Of a stretch of 64,000 bases of DNA, positions 10,650 through 21,476 are shown one piece after another. Origin of the DNA: an uncultured Chloroflexia bacterium (GTDB lineage Bacteria > Chloroflexota > Limnocylindria > Limnocylindrales > CSP1-4); contig CAVOXZ010000019.1 of NCBI GenBank assembly GCA_963700555.1, positions 210,408 through 274,407 of the forward strand, read 5' to 3'. Under the pieces are notes generated by a model, which saw only the letters and a list, made by a program, of their open reading frames with translations, was not told the DNA's origin and made no database searches. The first letter of the stretch is position 1; every line of letters starts with the position of its first letter. The position numbers were made by a program, and so were the translations under genes.

Positions 10650-12079
10650 ATGACCCTGCCGCTGCCATCCGCCACGCTCGACGCCGCGACCTGGGCCGCC
10701 GCCCATGACGAGCTCGTGGCGCTCCTGCGGGACCTGATCCGGATCCCCTCGATCAACCCGCCCGACCCGCCCGGCCCGGAGCTGGACGCCGCGGTGTTCA
10801 TCGCGGACCGGCTTCGCGCAGAGGGCCTCGATCCGGAGGTGCTGGAGCCCTTCCCGGGCCGCGGCAGCGTGGTGGCTCGCCTCCACGGCGACGGCACCGG
10901 CGGCGAGCCGCTGCTCCTGCTCAGCCACCTGGACGTGGTCCCCGCCCGGGTCGAGGACGGCTGGTCCCATGACCCGTTCGCCGCCGACATCGCCGACGGC
11001 TACCTCTGGGGGCGGGGCGCCGTGGACATGAAGCAGATGGTCGCGATGGAGATGATCGTCGTGGCGCTCCTCGCGCGGCGCGCCCGTTCCGCGGGCCTCG
11101 ACCCGGCCCGTGACCCGATCCCCGGCCTCCGTCGCGACATCCTCTTCGCCTGCACCGCGGACGAAGAGGCGGGCGGCCGGCAGGGCGCCAAGTGGCTCGC
11201 CGACCACCGGCCGGAGACGCTGCGGGCGGCGGGCGCCCTCAACGAGTGCGGCGGGGTCTCGATGGACCTCGGCGGGCGCCGCTTCTACCCGATCCAGGTC
11301 GCCGAGAAGGGCTTCGAGGTGTTCAAGATCCACGTCCACGGGACGTGGGGCCACGGCTCGATGCCGCGGGAGGACAACGCGGCAGTGATGGCCGCGGAGG
11401 TCGTCCGGCGGATGGCCGTCCCGGGCGAGCCGCGGCTGACCGACGTGATGCGCCGGTTCCTCGATGCCGTCGCGGCCGCGCTCCCGCCCGAGCAGGCGGA
11501 ACTGGTCGCAGCCATCGGCGGCGACGATCCCCGGCGGAGCGAGGCGGCGATCCGCTCCCTGTGCGACCCGATGTACGCGAGGGCCCTCGGGCGCCCTGCT
11601 CCGCGATTCGATCAGCCCCGACGTGATCCACGCCGGCATCAAGTACAACGTGATCCCGGGCGAGGGCGTGATCGAGATCGACGTCCGCACGCTCCCGGGC
11701 ACGACCCCCGAGGACGTCCGCGAGGAGGTCCTGGCCCGGCTCGGCGACCTCGCGCCCCACTGCGAGCTGGAGCACGTCATCGGCCGACCGCCGGTCACCG
11801 CCCCCGCCGACGGCGAGCTCTACGAGCTCATGGCGTCAGACGCTCCGTGCCCACGACCCCGACGGCATCCCGGTCCCGGTGATGGCCCCGTTCGCCACCG
11901 ACGCGAAGTCGACCAGCGTCATCCTGGGCGTCCCCACCTACGGGTTCGCACCGCTCCGCCTTGAGCCCGGTGAACGGTTCCTCGAGCGGTTCCACGGCGT
12001 CGACGAGCGGGTCGGCATCGACGCGCTCCGGTTCGGGCTCCCGGTCCTGTACGACGTGGTCGCCGCGTACTGCGGCTGA
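10650..12079 (+). CDS. M20/M25/M40-family metallopeptidase; frame broken twice (near nt 11590 and 11836)
   Basis: LLLLSHLDVVP, GRGAVDMKQM and CTADEEAGG metal-ligand blocks are present. It continues as ALLRDSISPDVIHAGIKYNVIPGEG in frame +1 and TLRAHDPDGIPVPVMAPFATDAK in frame +2. The length is 3n+2. Confidence 0.85.
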
Positions 12080-12172
12080 TCCCCGGGATGCCCTGTTCGT
12101 GCTCCCGATCCGGGCGCGGGCCGGGCCACGGTTGACACGCGCGCGTAGCCTTGCTCCAGAGGGAGGTTCCAG

Positions 12173-12689
12173 ATGTCTGATCAGCAGCAGGATCCCGTCG
12201 TTCCCCCGGCCTGGGGCGCAGAGCCAGCGAAGCCACCGGAGCAGCCGGCGTCCGATGCGACGGCCGCTGCCAACGCGGCCGCGGCGGGCGCCGCTGCGGC
12301 AGCCAGCGCGGCAACGGCAGCCTTCCGCAGTCGCCTGAGCATGGCCGAGCAGCTGGCGGTCGCGGGCGCGGGCCTGATCGTCCTGGTCGAGGTCGTGTTC
12401 GGCCTCGTGATCGAGGAGTACTGGGCCGGTGATCCGGCATTCCTGCTGGCCCTCGCGGTCCTCGGAGCGGCCGTATGTCCGCCACCTGCGGAAGGTCGAG
12501 CTCCCGATCTCCTACAGCCTGGTCGTCCGGGCCGCCGGGTTCGGGATCCTGGCCCTGGCGGTGATCGACCTGCCCTACGAGCTGCGGAACGGGATCTTCG
12601 ACAACATCGCCGACATCCTGGGCGGCGCCGGCTACTACCTCGGGGCAGCCCTGATGGCATTCGGCGCCTGGACGATGAAGGACGCCTGA
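12173..12689 (+). CDS. hypothetical membrane protein; frame broken once near nt 12475
   Basis: A strong SD (AGAGGGAGG) lies 6 nt before the ATG. The N-terminus is Ala/Pro-rich, followed by TM helices that continue in the next frame (VRHLRKVELPISYSLVVRAAGFGILALAVIDLPYEL...). Confidence 0.55.
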
Positions 12690-12725
12690 CCGCGGCCCTG
12701 CGCCTCAACCGACCGGGCGAACCGC

Positions 12726-13151
12726 CTAACCGTCCGAGCGGACCAGCCGGCCGCGACGGCTGATCCCGTGCGTGGCGAGGGCCGCCACGCCCATCGCGAT
12801 CAGCGCGCGCTCACTGCGAGGCAAGGGCCGGACGGCGGACAGGAACTGCTCCGCGCGAGCGCGGTCCACCATCCGGAGGACGGCGCGGCCCCGGGCCGTC
12901 AGCCACACGGACCGCTGTCGGCCGTCGTCGTCCTCGCGCCGTCGCTCGACCAGGCGACGCCGGACGAGGCCCTCGACCAGCCGCGAGGTGGCTGACGGCG
13001 ACCGGCCGATCGCGTCGGCCAGGTCGGCGATGGTCGTCGTCGCCCCTTCGGCGAGCACGTAGAGCGCGGCCAGCTGCGTGAAGCCCAGGTTGAGCTCGCC
13101 CAGCTGGGAGGCGAACCCGACGACGAGCTCGCGCCACAGCGCCCTGCCCAT
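12726..13151 (-). CDS. MarR-family transcriptional regulator (start uncertain; the ORF is open to 13358)
   Basis: Winged-HTH core: FTQLAALYVLAEGATTTIADLADAIGRSPSATSRLVEGLVRRRLVERRREDDDGRQRSVWLTARG. It is divergent from fabD. Confidence 0.85.
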   Translation of the reverse strand: MGRALWRELVVGFASQLGELNLGFTQLAALYVLAEGATTTIADLADAIGRSPSATSRLVEGLVRRRLVERRREDDDGRQRSVWLTARGRAVLRMVDRARAEQFLSAVRPLPRSERALIAMGVAALATHGISRRGRLVRSDG

Positions 13152-13579
13152 CGCCACGCGTTCGGTGATCTGGCGCACGTTCTGGATCCGGGTCCCGGCG
13201 GCAACGACCGGCGCGGACAGGTCCGCCTCGAAGACCCGTGCGATCACCCGCGACGGCGCCCCCCTGCGCCGGGTCCTGATGAGCGCCTCGGGCAGGGCCG
13301 GCCCGGCCGCAGGATCCGACGTCCGGATCCGGTGGCGCCTGGGTCGCCTGATCGCCATGGCCGAACCCGGCGCAGGAGCAGCCGCGCCAGGCCCGCCGGG
13401 GGCAGCTGGATCAGGGGATTCAAGGGGTTGTTCACCACTCGGTCAGCCTGTCCCGGGTCGAGCAGGTCGGTCACAGGGGCATCCTCACGACCCGAGCGTA
13501 GGCCGACGGGCGAGGTTTCCTGCAAGTCTGCACGGACTTTCGCGGAATCTGACGCTGCACTCGCCTACCCTGACGGGCG

Positions 13580-14555
13580 ATGAGTCAGATCGCGTTCGTC
13601 TTCCCCGGCCAGGGCAGCCAGTCGGTTGGCATGGGCCGGGCTCTCGCCGAGTCCTCGCCCGCCGCCGCGGCCGTCTTCGCTGCGGCCGACGCCGCGCTCG
13701 GCGAACCGCTGACGCGCCTGGCGTGGGACGGCCCGGAGGATGAGCTCAACCGGACGGAGAACAGCCAGCCGGCCCTCCTCGCCACCTCGATCGCCTACCT
13801 GGAGGCCGTCCGGGAGCGCTGGTACGAGCTCGACGTGGACATTCCCGGACCCCGCGTTCGCGGCCGGTCACTCGATGGGCCAGTACACGGCCCTGGTGGC
13901 GGCCGGCGCCCTGGACCTGGCGGATGCCGTGCGCCTGGTCCGGATCCGGGGTCAGCAGATGCAGGCCAGCGGGGCGGGACGCGACGGGCGGATGGCCGCC
14001 ATCATCGGCCTCGACGACGCCCAGATCCCCGCCCTCGTGGAACGGGCCTCGGCCCACGGGATCTTCGGCGTCGCCAACCGCAACTCGCCGGGCCAGGTCG
14101 TCGTCAGCGGCGAGCGCGCGGCCGTCGAAGCTGGGCTGGTCATCGCGAAGGAGCTGGGCGCGAGACGGGCGATCGAGCTGCCGGTCTCGGTCGCCGCCCA
14201 CTCACCCCTGATGGCCGAGGCGGCCGAGGGCATGCGCGCCGTCCTGGCCGGCATCGACTTCCGTGACCCCACGCCACCGCTGCTCGCCAACGCCGATGCC
14301 CACCTGATCACGACCGCCGACGGATGCCGGACGGAGCTCGTGGACCACCTCACCACCGGCGTCGACTGGGTGGGTGCCGTCCAGGCGATGCATGCAGCCG
14401 AGGTCGACACCTTCATCGAGATCGGGCCCGGGCAGGTCCTGACCGGTCTCATCAAGCGGATCGTTCCAGACGCCCTCGTCCTTGCCCTCGACGATCGGGC
14501 CGCCCCCGATCGCCTGGCCATCCCCTTCGCCGAGAGTGCCGCCGGCGACGGCTAG
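13580..14555 (+). CDS. fabD: malonyl-CoA:ACP transacylase; frame broken once near nt 13848
   Basis: FVFPGQGSQSVGMG lies at the N-terminus and GHSMGQYTALVAAGAL (active-site Ser) after the shift. The length is 3n+1. Confidence 0.9.
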
Positions 14556-14611
14556 AACCGGCTGCAGTCCCCGGACCGCAGCCTTGACCACGACCCCGAG
14601 AGGAACCACCC

Positions 14612-15885
14612 TTGCGTCAACCCGACTACACCCGCCGCGTCGTCGTGACCGGCCTCGGCGTCGTCAGCCCGGTGGGCAACGACAAGACCACCGCCTGGAG
14701 CAACCTCGTCAACGGCGTGTCCGGCCTCAGGGAGATCACGAGGTTCGACACGTCCCGGTACAGCCACAAGGCGGCCGGCGAGGTCGTCGACTTCGACGCC
14801 AACCTCTGGATGGATCCGAAGGCCGTTCGCCGGAGCGAGCCGGCCATGTGGTACGGCGTCGCGTCCGCCAAGCAGGCGATCGCGGACGCCGGACTGGAGA
14901 TCACGGACGCCAACCGCGAGGACATCGGCGTGGTCTACGGCACCGGTGCCGGCGGCCAGTCGCTGATGATGGACAACTGGGTCACCCTCAGCGAGAAGGG
15001 CCCCAATCGGGTCGCACCCACGTTCATCGCCAACGGCCTGGTGGACTCGACCAGCGGCATGATCGCGATCGAGACCGGGGCGCTCGGTCACAACATGTGC
15101 GTGGTCACCGCCTGCTCCACGGGCACCAACTGCGTGGGCGAGGCGGCGGAGCTGATCCGCCGGGGCGACGTCCACACCGTGATCGCCGGGTCGTCCGAGA
15201 TGCCGCTGCTCGAGGTCGCCCATGCCGGGTTCGGCAACATGCGCGGACTCGGCTCGCCCCGCGATGGGCAGCCGCTGGCCGACGTGTCCCGGCCGTTCGA
15301 CCGCACGCGTGACGGCTTCGTCCTGGGCGAGGGCGGCGCCGGGCTGATCCTCGAGGACCTCGAGATGGCGACGGCCCGCGGCGCCCGGATCTACGCCGAG
15401 GTCGTGGGCTACGGCTCGGCTGCCGATGGCTTCGACATGATCCAGCCCATCGAGCGCGGCTCCGGCTCGGCCCGAGCGATGAAGATCGCGCTCGAGCGTC
15501 GCGGCGTCCCGGCGGACGAGGTGGACCTGATCAACCCGCACGGCACGTCGACCCCGGTCGGCGACAAGCGGGAGGCGGAGGCGATCTGGACCGCGTTCGG
15601 CGACCGCGCCGCGCGTCCCGTCGGAGCCTCGTGATCAGCGCGACCAAGTCGATGACCGGCCACATGATGGGTGCGGCCGGCGGCTTCGAGGCCTTCGCCA
15701 CCGTGATGACCGTCGCCGAGCAATGTGCGCCCGGCACGATCAACTACCGCGAATTCGACCCGGAGTGCGACCTGTGGGTGGTCCCGGAGACGATGGAGAT
15801 GCCGATCCGCTACGCCCTGTCCAACAACATCGGCCTGGGCGGCCACAACGGCGCGGTCATCTTCAAGCGCTGGGACGGCCGCTAG
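14612..15885 (+). CDS. fabF: beta-ketoacyl-ACP synthase II (KAS II, KasA/FabF-like), copy 1; frame broken once near nt 15625 (net -1)
   Basis: TTG start with the SD GAGAGGAA. Motifs: VVTGLGVVSPVGN, VVTACSTG (Cys), NPHGTSTPVGD (His), and after the shift SATKSMTGHMMGAAG (Lys/His). Confidence 0.9.
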
Positions 15886-16015
15886 CCGGCTGACGGCCGA
15901 CATCGTGCCCCGCCCCGTCCCTGCGCCCCGCCCCGGCGAGGCCCGGGTGCGGGCCTTCGCTACAATCCCGACGACCCTCGACTGCGCCATCGCCAGATCC
16001 AGGAAGGTGTGACCC

Positions 16016-17282
16016 GTGCCCTCGTCCGACCCCGCACGCCGCGCCGTCATCACGGGCCTCGGCGCGGTGATGCCGATCGGCAACGACTTCGAGACCTACT
16101 GGGGCAACCTCCAGCGCGGGGTCACCGGCACGCGGCGGATCACGTCGTTCGACGCGTCCGAGTTCGAGGTCCAGATCGCGGCGGAGGTCCTCGACTTCCA
16201 GCCCGGCACGGTCATGGACGCCAAGATGGCGCGGCGGATGAGCCGGTTCATCCACCTCGCGATGGGCGCCGGCAAGGAGGCGGTCGCCGACTCCGGGCAT
16301 CGACTTCGCGGCCATGACCCCCGAGCAGCGGGACCGCGTCGGGGTCGTGGTCAACACCGGGGGCGGCGGGATCGAGTCGATCATCGAGGGCACCCACGTC
16401 CACGACAGCAAGGGGCCGCGGTTCGTGTCGGCGTTCGCGGTGCCGGCGCTCTCGGGGTCGATGGCGAGCTGCATGCTGTCGATGGAATGGGGCCTGACGG
16501 GGCCGGTCATGACCCAGGTCGCCGCCTGCGCCACGTCCGTCATCGCCTTCCACGACGCGCTCCGGCTGATCGACACCGGCGAGGCCGACGTGGTGATCAC
16601 CGGCGGGTCCGAGGCACCGATCGTGCCCATGGGGGTCGCGGCGCTGTCGAACATGACGGCACTGTCCAAGCGGAACGACTCCCCCGAGACCGCCTCGCGC
16701 CCGTTCGACGCGACCCGTGACGGGTTCGTCCTGGGCGAAGGCGCCGGGGTGGTCGTGGTCGAGTCCCTCGAGCACGCCCTGGGCCGGGGGGCGACGCCCA
16801 TCGCCGAGATCCTGGGCGGCGCACTGACCGCGGACGCGTTCCACATCTCGGCGCCGGATCCCACCGGCCGCGGCCAGGCGAGGGCCATGACCAACGCCAT
16901 GCGCAACGCGGGCGTCGCCCCCGACGAGATCGACTGGATCGTCGCGCACGGGACGTCCACATCGCTCAACGACGTCACCGAGACGCGCGCGATCAAGGCC
17001 GCCTACGGGTCCGCCGCCGCGACGCGCGCGATCAGCTCCCCGAAGTCGATGATCGGGCACCTCGTGGGTGCCGCCGGGATCGCGTCGGCGCTGGCCGCCC
17101 TGGGCGGGATCCGCGACCAGGTGATCTCGCCCACCGCGAACCTCCACACGCCGGACCCCGAGTGCGACCTGGACTATGTGCCGCTCGTGGCGCGCCAGGC
17201 GAAGCTGGACACCGTGGCCATCAACGGCTTCGGCTTCGGCGGCCAGAACGCGGTCGCGATCTTCCGCCGCTTCGAGGGCTAG
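16016..17282 (+). CDS. fabF: beta-ketoacyl-ACP synthase II, copy 2; frame broken once near nt 16296 (extra G in a GGG run)
   Basis: GTG start with the SD AGGAAGG. Motifs: VITGLGAVMPIGN, VAACATS (Cys), AHGTSTSLND (His), SPKSMIGHLVGAAG (His), GFGFGGQNA. Confidence 0.9.
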
Positions 17283-17588
17283 GGTCCAGGCCAGGCCGCG
17301 GCCGCAACGCGGGGCGCGGGCGTGCGGGGCGCGGGCGTCCGCCGCGGGTGACGGGTGCCGGCGAAGGGGGTGACGGGCGAAGCCGGGCGCCGGGCGCCTC
17401 AACGGTCGCACGCTGGAACGCATCAGGCGTCCCGCGACCGGTCCGTCCGGCAAGGCATCCGTTCCGCGCGACGAGCGGGGCGTCGGACGCCCGATCCGTC
17501 ATGGCACGCAACCGTTCGAGCGCCGGGCGCCCACCGGCTGGCATGGCGCGTGGCTCGACGCCGAGGCCGCGACCCCAGCGGTGTCGGA

Positions 17589-18104
17589 TCAGCCCCGGAG
17601 GGACGTGCCCTCGTAGGCCGCCAGGCGGGCGACGAGCTCATCGGGGATCACCCGGGGGCGCGACGTCGCGTAGTCGTACAGGACCAGCACGTCCTCCGCG
17701 GTGGCCACGAGCCGCGCGCCGCCGCGCGCTGATGGCTGGGCGGTGACCCGGTGCTGGAGCGTGAACGACGTCCGGCCGAGGCGTCCCAGCCGCGATTCCA
17801 CGACCAGCGGCTCGCCGAAGTACGACGGGCTGCGGTACGTGACGCGGATCTCCGCCAGGATCAGCGACTCCTGCGCGCCGTGGGTGACCAGCGCGAACGG
17901 GCCGCCGGTCGCGGCCTCCCAGTAGTCGATCCGCGCCGACTCGCAGAACGTGAGGAACCGCGAGTTGTTGGTGTGGCCCATGGCGTCCGTGTCGCCGAAG
18001 CGGATCGTGACCGCAAACCGATGCGGGAAGTCACCCTCCAGGTCACGGGGGTCGGGTGGAACCTCGATCCGGGATCGGATGGGCACGGCCTGCTCGTCGG
18101 TCAT
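17589..18104 (-). CDS. acyl-CoA thioesterase, 4HBT/hotdog fold (YbgC/FadM-like)
   Basis: Intact 171-aa ORF. RFGDTDAMGHTNNSRFLTF is the catalytic Asp region of 4HBT thioesterases. Confidence 0.8.
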   Translation of the reverse strand: MTDEQAVPIRSRIEVPPDPRDLEGDFPHRFAVTIRFGDTDAMGHTNNSRFLTFCESARIDYWEAATGGPFALVTHGAQESLILAEIRVTYRSPSYFGEPLVVESRLGRLGRTSFTLQHRVTAQPSARGGARLVATAEDVLVLYDYATSRPRVIPDELVARLAAYEGTSLRG

Positions 18105-18129
18105 GGATGCGAGTCTAGGACGGGGATGG

Positions 18130-20823
18130 CTACGGCGCCCGGACCACCAGCGTGCCAGCCATGCCTCCCTGACCGTGACCCGCAGCCGAGTCCATGACCG
18201 GGTACTCGCCCGGCGTGTCCAGCACGAACCGCAGCTTCGCCGTCTGGCCCGGACGGGCGATCACCTCGAGGTTCGCGACGCCGTCGACCATCCAGTCGTG
18301 GATCACGGCGTCCTCGTTGCGAAGCTCGATCACCGTCCACTGGCCGGCCGTCACCGTCCAGGTGTCGGGCTCGAACCCCATGCCGCGCGCGACGACCTCG
18401 ACCTTCGGCAGGGCGGCGTCCACCGCCCGGTCGGCGGCGAGCACGCCGCCCGCGAGTGCCAGGCCGATGGCCGCGATCACCACCAGGAACGCCCCGTCGC
18501 GCACCAGCCCGATCGGGCCGTGGCGGAGCCGGGTCACGTGACCCGGCCGGACATCCACTCCGCGCAGGCGCAGCGAGTTGGTCACGACGCTGACGCTCGA
18601 GAGCGCCATCGCGGCCGCGGCGAGTGCCGGGTTGAGCGTGATGCCCAACGTCGGGTAGAGCGCGCCCATCGCGATCGGGATGAGCAGCACGTTGTAGGCA
18701 AACGCCCAGAACAGGTTCTGCCGGATGACCCGGATCGTGGCCCTGGAGAGGGCGATCGCGGAGCCCACGAGACGCGGATCGCCGCCGACGAGCGTGATGT
18801 CGGAGGCCTCGATCGCGACGTCGGCGCCGGTGCCGATGGCCACCCCCAGGTCGGCCCGAGCCAGGGCCGGCGCGTCGTTGATCCCGTCCCCCACCATGGC
18901 CACCCGGTGGCCCTCCGCCTGGAGCCGCTCGATGACGGCGTCCTTCTCGCCCGGCAGCACCTCGGCGATGACGTGCGCCGGGGGGATCCCAACCTGGCGG
19001 GCGACCGCTTCGGCCGTTGCCCGGGCGTCGCCGGTGAGGAGCCAGACCACCAGGCCCGCCTCGTGGAGCTCCCGGACCGCCTGCGCCGACTCGGCCTTCA
19101 CCGGGTCCGTGATGGCCATGAGGCCGGCGGCCACGCCACCGCTCGAGACGTACACGACGGTCCCGCCATCGGCCGCAATCGCGTCCGCGTGACCTTCCAG
19201 CAGTGCCAGGTCCACTCCGCGCTCCACGAGCAGCCGCCGGCTGCCCACGAGGACCTCGACCCCGTCGATCGACCCGTGCACGCCCCGGCCGACCACCGCC
19301 TCGAACCCGTCGACCTTCGCGAACCCCAGCTCCGTCTCGCGCGCCCTGCGGACGATCGCTTCCCCAAGCGGATGCTCCGACCCGGTCTCCAGTGACGCGG
19401 CCAGGTCCAGCACCCGCGCCTCGTCGAAGCCGGTGGCCGCGACGACGCGGGTCACGACGGGCCGGCCGAGGGTGAGGGTGCCCGTCTTGTCCATGACCAC
19501 GGTATCGATCCGCCCCGCGGCCTCGAGCGCCTCGCCGCCCCGGACCAGGATGCCGGCCTCGGCGCCCTTGCCGGTCCCGACCATGATCGCGGTCGGGGTG
19601 GCCAGGCCCATCGCGCACGGGCAGGCAATGATCACGACCCCGATGAAGGCCGTGAGCGCGAGCGTGACCCGCGGCTCGGGCCCGAACACGAACCAGATCA
19701 CGAACGTGGCGGCCGCGATGACCAGCACGGCCGGCACGAAGACCTCGCTGATCCGGTCGGCCATGCGCTGGATCGGGGCCTTGGAACCCTGGGCGCGCTG
19801 GACGAGCTCCACGATCCGGGCGAGAGCCGTGTCCCGCCCGACACGAGTCGCGCGCATCACGAACGACCCGGTGGTGTTGATGGTCGCACCGATGACCTCG
19901 TCACCGGTGCTCTTGGTGGCAGGAATCGGCTCGCCGGTGAGCATCGACTCGTCCACGGCGGAGCTCCCCTCGGTCACGACGCCGTCGACCGGGACCTTGT
20001 CGCCGGGGCGGACGCGCAGCAGGTCGCCGGGCACGACGATCGCGAGCTCCACGTCCTCCTCGATCCCGTCGCGGATGCGGCGCGCCGTGGTGGCCTGGAG
20101 GCCGACGAGGCGGCGGATGGCGCCTGTCGTGCGGCCCTTGGCCCGGGCCTCGAGCCACTTCCCCAGCAGGATCAGGCCCAGGATGATCGTGGCCGAGTCG
20201 AAGTACGTCTCCGGGTGCAGGCCGGCGGCGTGGATGATCTCGGGCCACATCGTCACGAACACCGAGTAGCCCCAGGCGGCGCTGGTCCCCACGGCGACCA
20301 GCGTGTCCATCGTGGCGCCGCCGTGGCGGCCGGCCCGCCAGGCGGCGCGGTAGAAGCGGGCACCCGCCCAGAACTGGATGAACGTCGCGGGCCACAGGAT
20401 CAGCTTGTTGATGTCCACCATGGCGATCGCGGTCTGGGGCGTGAACATCGCGACCATGAACACCGCGGCGGCGGCGATCGCCACGGCGGCCTGGAACAGG
20501 GTCTGGCGCTGGGCCCTCTCACGCTCGAGGTCCTCGGCGGAGAGCTCGTCATCGAGCGTGTTGACGGTGGCGGAATCAGCGGCCGCCTCGGCGCGCACCT
20601 CGTAGCCGGCGGCCTCGACGGCCTTCACCAGCTCCTCGCGTCCGGTGAGCGCGGGGTCGACGATCACCGTCGCCTTCTCCGTCGCAAGATTGACCGCGGC
20701 CTCGCTGACGCCGGGCGTCTTGGTGAGGAACCGCTCGATGCGGTTCACGCAGGAGGCGCAGGTCATCCCCTCGATGGGCAGGATGATCTCGATCGGGTGG
20801 GAGTCGGCGGGGCGCGTTGTCAT
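18130..20823 (-). CDS. copA: copper-translocating P1B-type ATPase with an extra C-terminal TM helix and cupredoxin-like domain
   Basis: Intact 897 aa with an N-terminal HMA motif ([12 protein letters not shown]), then [11 protein letters not shown] (CPC), DKTGTLT, TGD and GDGINDAP. The last ~150 aa add one TM helix ([19 protein letters not shown]) and a beta-rich domain ending [21 protein letters not shown]. Confidence 0.95.
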   Translation of the reverse strand: MTTRPADSHPIEIILPIEGMTCASCVNRIERFLTKTPGVSEAAVNLATEKATVIVDPALTGREELVKAVEAAGYEVRAEAAADSATVNTLDDELSAEDLERERAQRQTLFQAAVAIAAAAVFMVAMFTPQTAIAMVDINKLILWPATFIQFWAGARFYRAAWRAGRHGGATMDTLVAVGTSAAWGYSVFVTMWPEIIHAAGLHPETYFDSATIILGLILLGKWLEARAKGRTTGAIRRLVGLQATTARRIRDGIEEDVELAIVVPGDLLRVRPGDKVPVDGVVTEGSSAVDESMLTGEPIPATKSTGDEVIGATINTTGSFVMRATRVGRDTALARIVELVQRAQGSKAPIQRMADRISEVFVPAVLVIAAATFVIWFVFGPEPRVTLALTAFIGVVIIACPCAMGLATPTAIMVGTGKGAEAGILVRGGEALEAAGRIDTVVMDKTGTLTLGRPVVTRVVAATGFDEARVLDLAASLETGSEHPLGEAIVRRARETELGFAKVDGFEAVVGRGVHGSIDGVEVLVGSRRLLVERGVDLALLEGHADAIAADGGTVVYVSSGGVAAGLMAITDPVKAESAQAVRELHEAGLVVWLLTGDARATAEAVARQVGIPPAHVIAEVLPGEKDAVIERLQAEGHRVAMVGDGINDAPALARADLGVAIGTGADVAIEASDITLVGGDPRLVGSAIALSRATIRVIRQNLFWAFAYNVLLIPIAMGALYPTLGITLNPALAAAAMALSSVSVVTNSLRLRGVDVRPGHVTRLRHGPIGLVRDGAFLVVIAAIGLALAGGVLAADRAVDAALPKVEVVARGMGFEPDTWTVTAGQWTVIELRNEDAVIHDWMVDGVANLEVIARPGQTAKLRFVLDTPGEYPVMDSAAGHGQGGMAGTLVVRAP

Positions 20824-20838
20824 ACTCGGGGGGAGTAT
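20822..20838. promoter_or_regulatory. perfect inverted repeat ATACTC-N5-GAGTAT overlapping the copA -10-like hexamer and start codon; candidate metal-responsive operator
   Basis: The minus strand reads TATACT-CCCCCCGAGT-ATG(copA). The repeat arms are 20822-20827 and 20833-20838. Its G/C-run core flanked by TAC/GTA resembles CsoR-type operators, but no regulator gene lies in the window. Confidence 0.35.
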
Positions 20839-20930
20839 ACCAGCACCCTGGATCGAATCGCCTCTTGACGATGGGTCCGGGACCGATGAGAGTTCGCCGT
20901 GCGGCCCACAGGGATACGAGGAGGATGGCG

Positions 20931-21392
20931 ATGAGCGTTGTGACCATGGCCCGGCTTGCGGAGGGAGATTCGGTCCAGCCCAATTCGACCCTGCAGAGCT
21001 CGCTCCGGCTGATTGCCGCTTATCTCCCGTCGGAGGCGGTCGCGGTCTACATCCTCCTCCTCGGCCTGCTCAACCCGGTCACCGAGACCACCTCGGGCGA
21101 CGTGACGATCATCCGGTTGGTCGTGTTCGTGATCGGGGTCCTCGTCGCGTTCGCCCTCGCGTTCGTGACCTTCCAGGGCGGCGGGCTCACCCGGCGCGAG
21201 CAGCAGCGCCGCCAGATCGTCGTGGGCGTCCTGGCCTCGGTCTCGTTCGCGGTCTTCGCGGCTGCGATGCCGTCGTTCTTCTTCCGGGGTGCGATCCTGT
21301 CGATCGGCTTCTCGCAGTGGGCGGCGGTGGTGGTCGTGATCGTCGTGGTCCTGATGCCGACCATCGCCAAGGCGCTCAAGGTCCGCAAGTAG
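20931..21392 (+). CDS. hypothetical integral membrane protein (about 4 TM)
   Basis: The SD GAGGAGGA lies at 20917-20924. ATG is at 20931, with an alternative ATG at 20925. Helices include [32 protein letters not shown] and [13 protein letters not shown]. No family was recognised. Confidence 0.6.
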   Translation: MSVVTMARLAEGDSVQPNSTLQSSLRLIAAYLPSEAVAVYILLLGLLNPVTETTSGDVTIIRLVVFVIGVLVAFALAFVTFQGGGLTRREQQRRQIVVGVLASVSFAVFAAAMPSFFFRGAILSIGFSQWAAVVVVIVVVLMPTIAKALKVRK

Positions 21393-21476
21393 CACCAGTC
21401 CCCCGCTGGGATCGATCAGCCGAGCGGAGGGGCCTGGCGGCCTCTGGGCGAGGCCTCGCACCCGATGCGCGCCGGT

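Noticed and set aside
14556-14611. An expected acyl carrier protein gene between fabD and the first KAS, as in mycobacterial fabD-acpM-kasA-kasB.
   Set aside because: The spacer is only 56 nt and contains just the SD and TTG start of the KAS gene. No ~80-aa ORF with a DSL(D/S) phosphopantetheine motif exists in any frame between 13580 and 17590.
17283-17588. A GC-rich 306-bp convergent spacer with short direct repeats (GCGGGGCGCGGGCGT x2 at 17309-17338; GGTGACGGG x2), considered as a possible gene or REP-like element.
   Set aside because: ORFs there translate to Arg/Pro/Gly low complexity. The repeats are short and low-complexity. No matching copies were seen elsewhere in the window.
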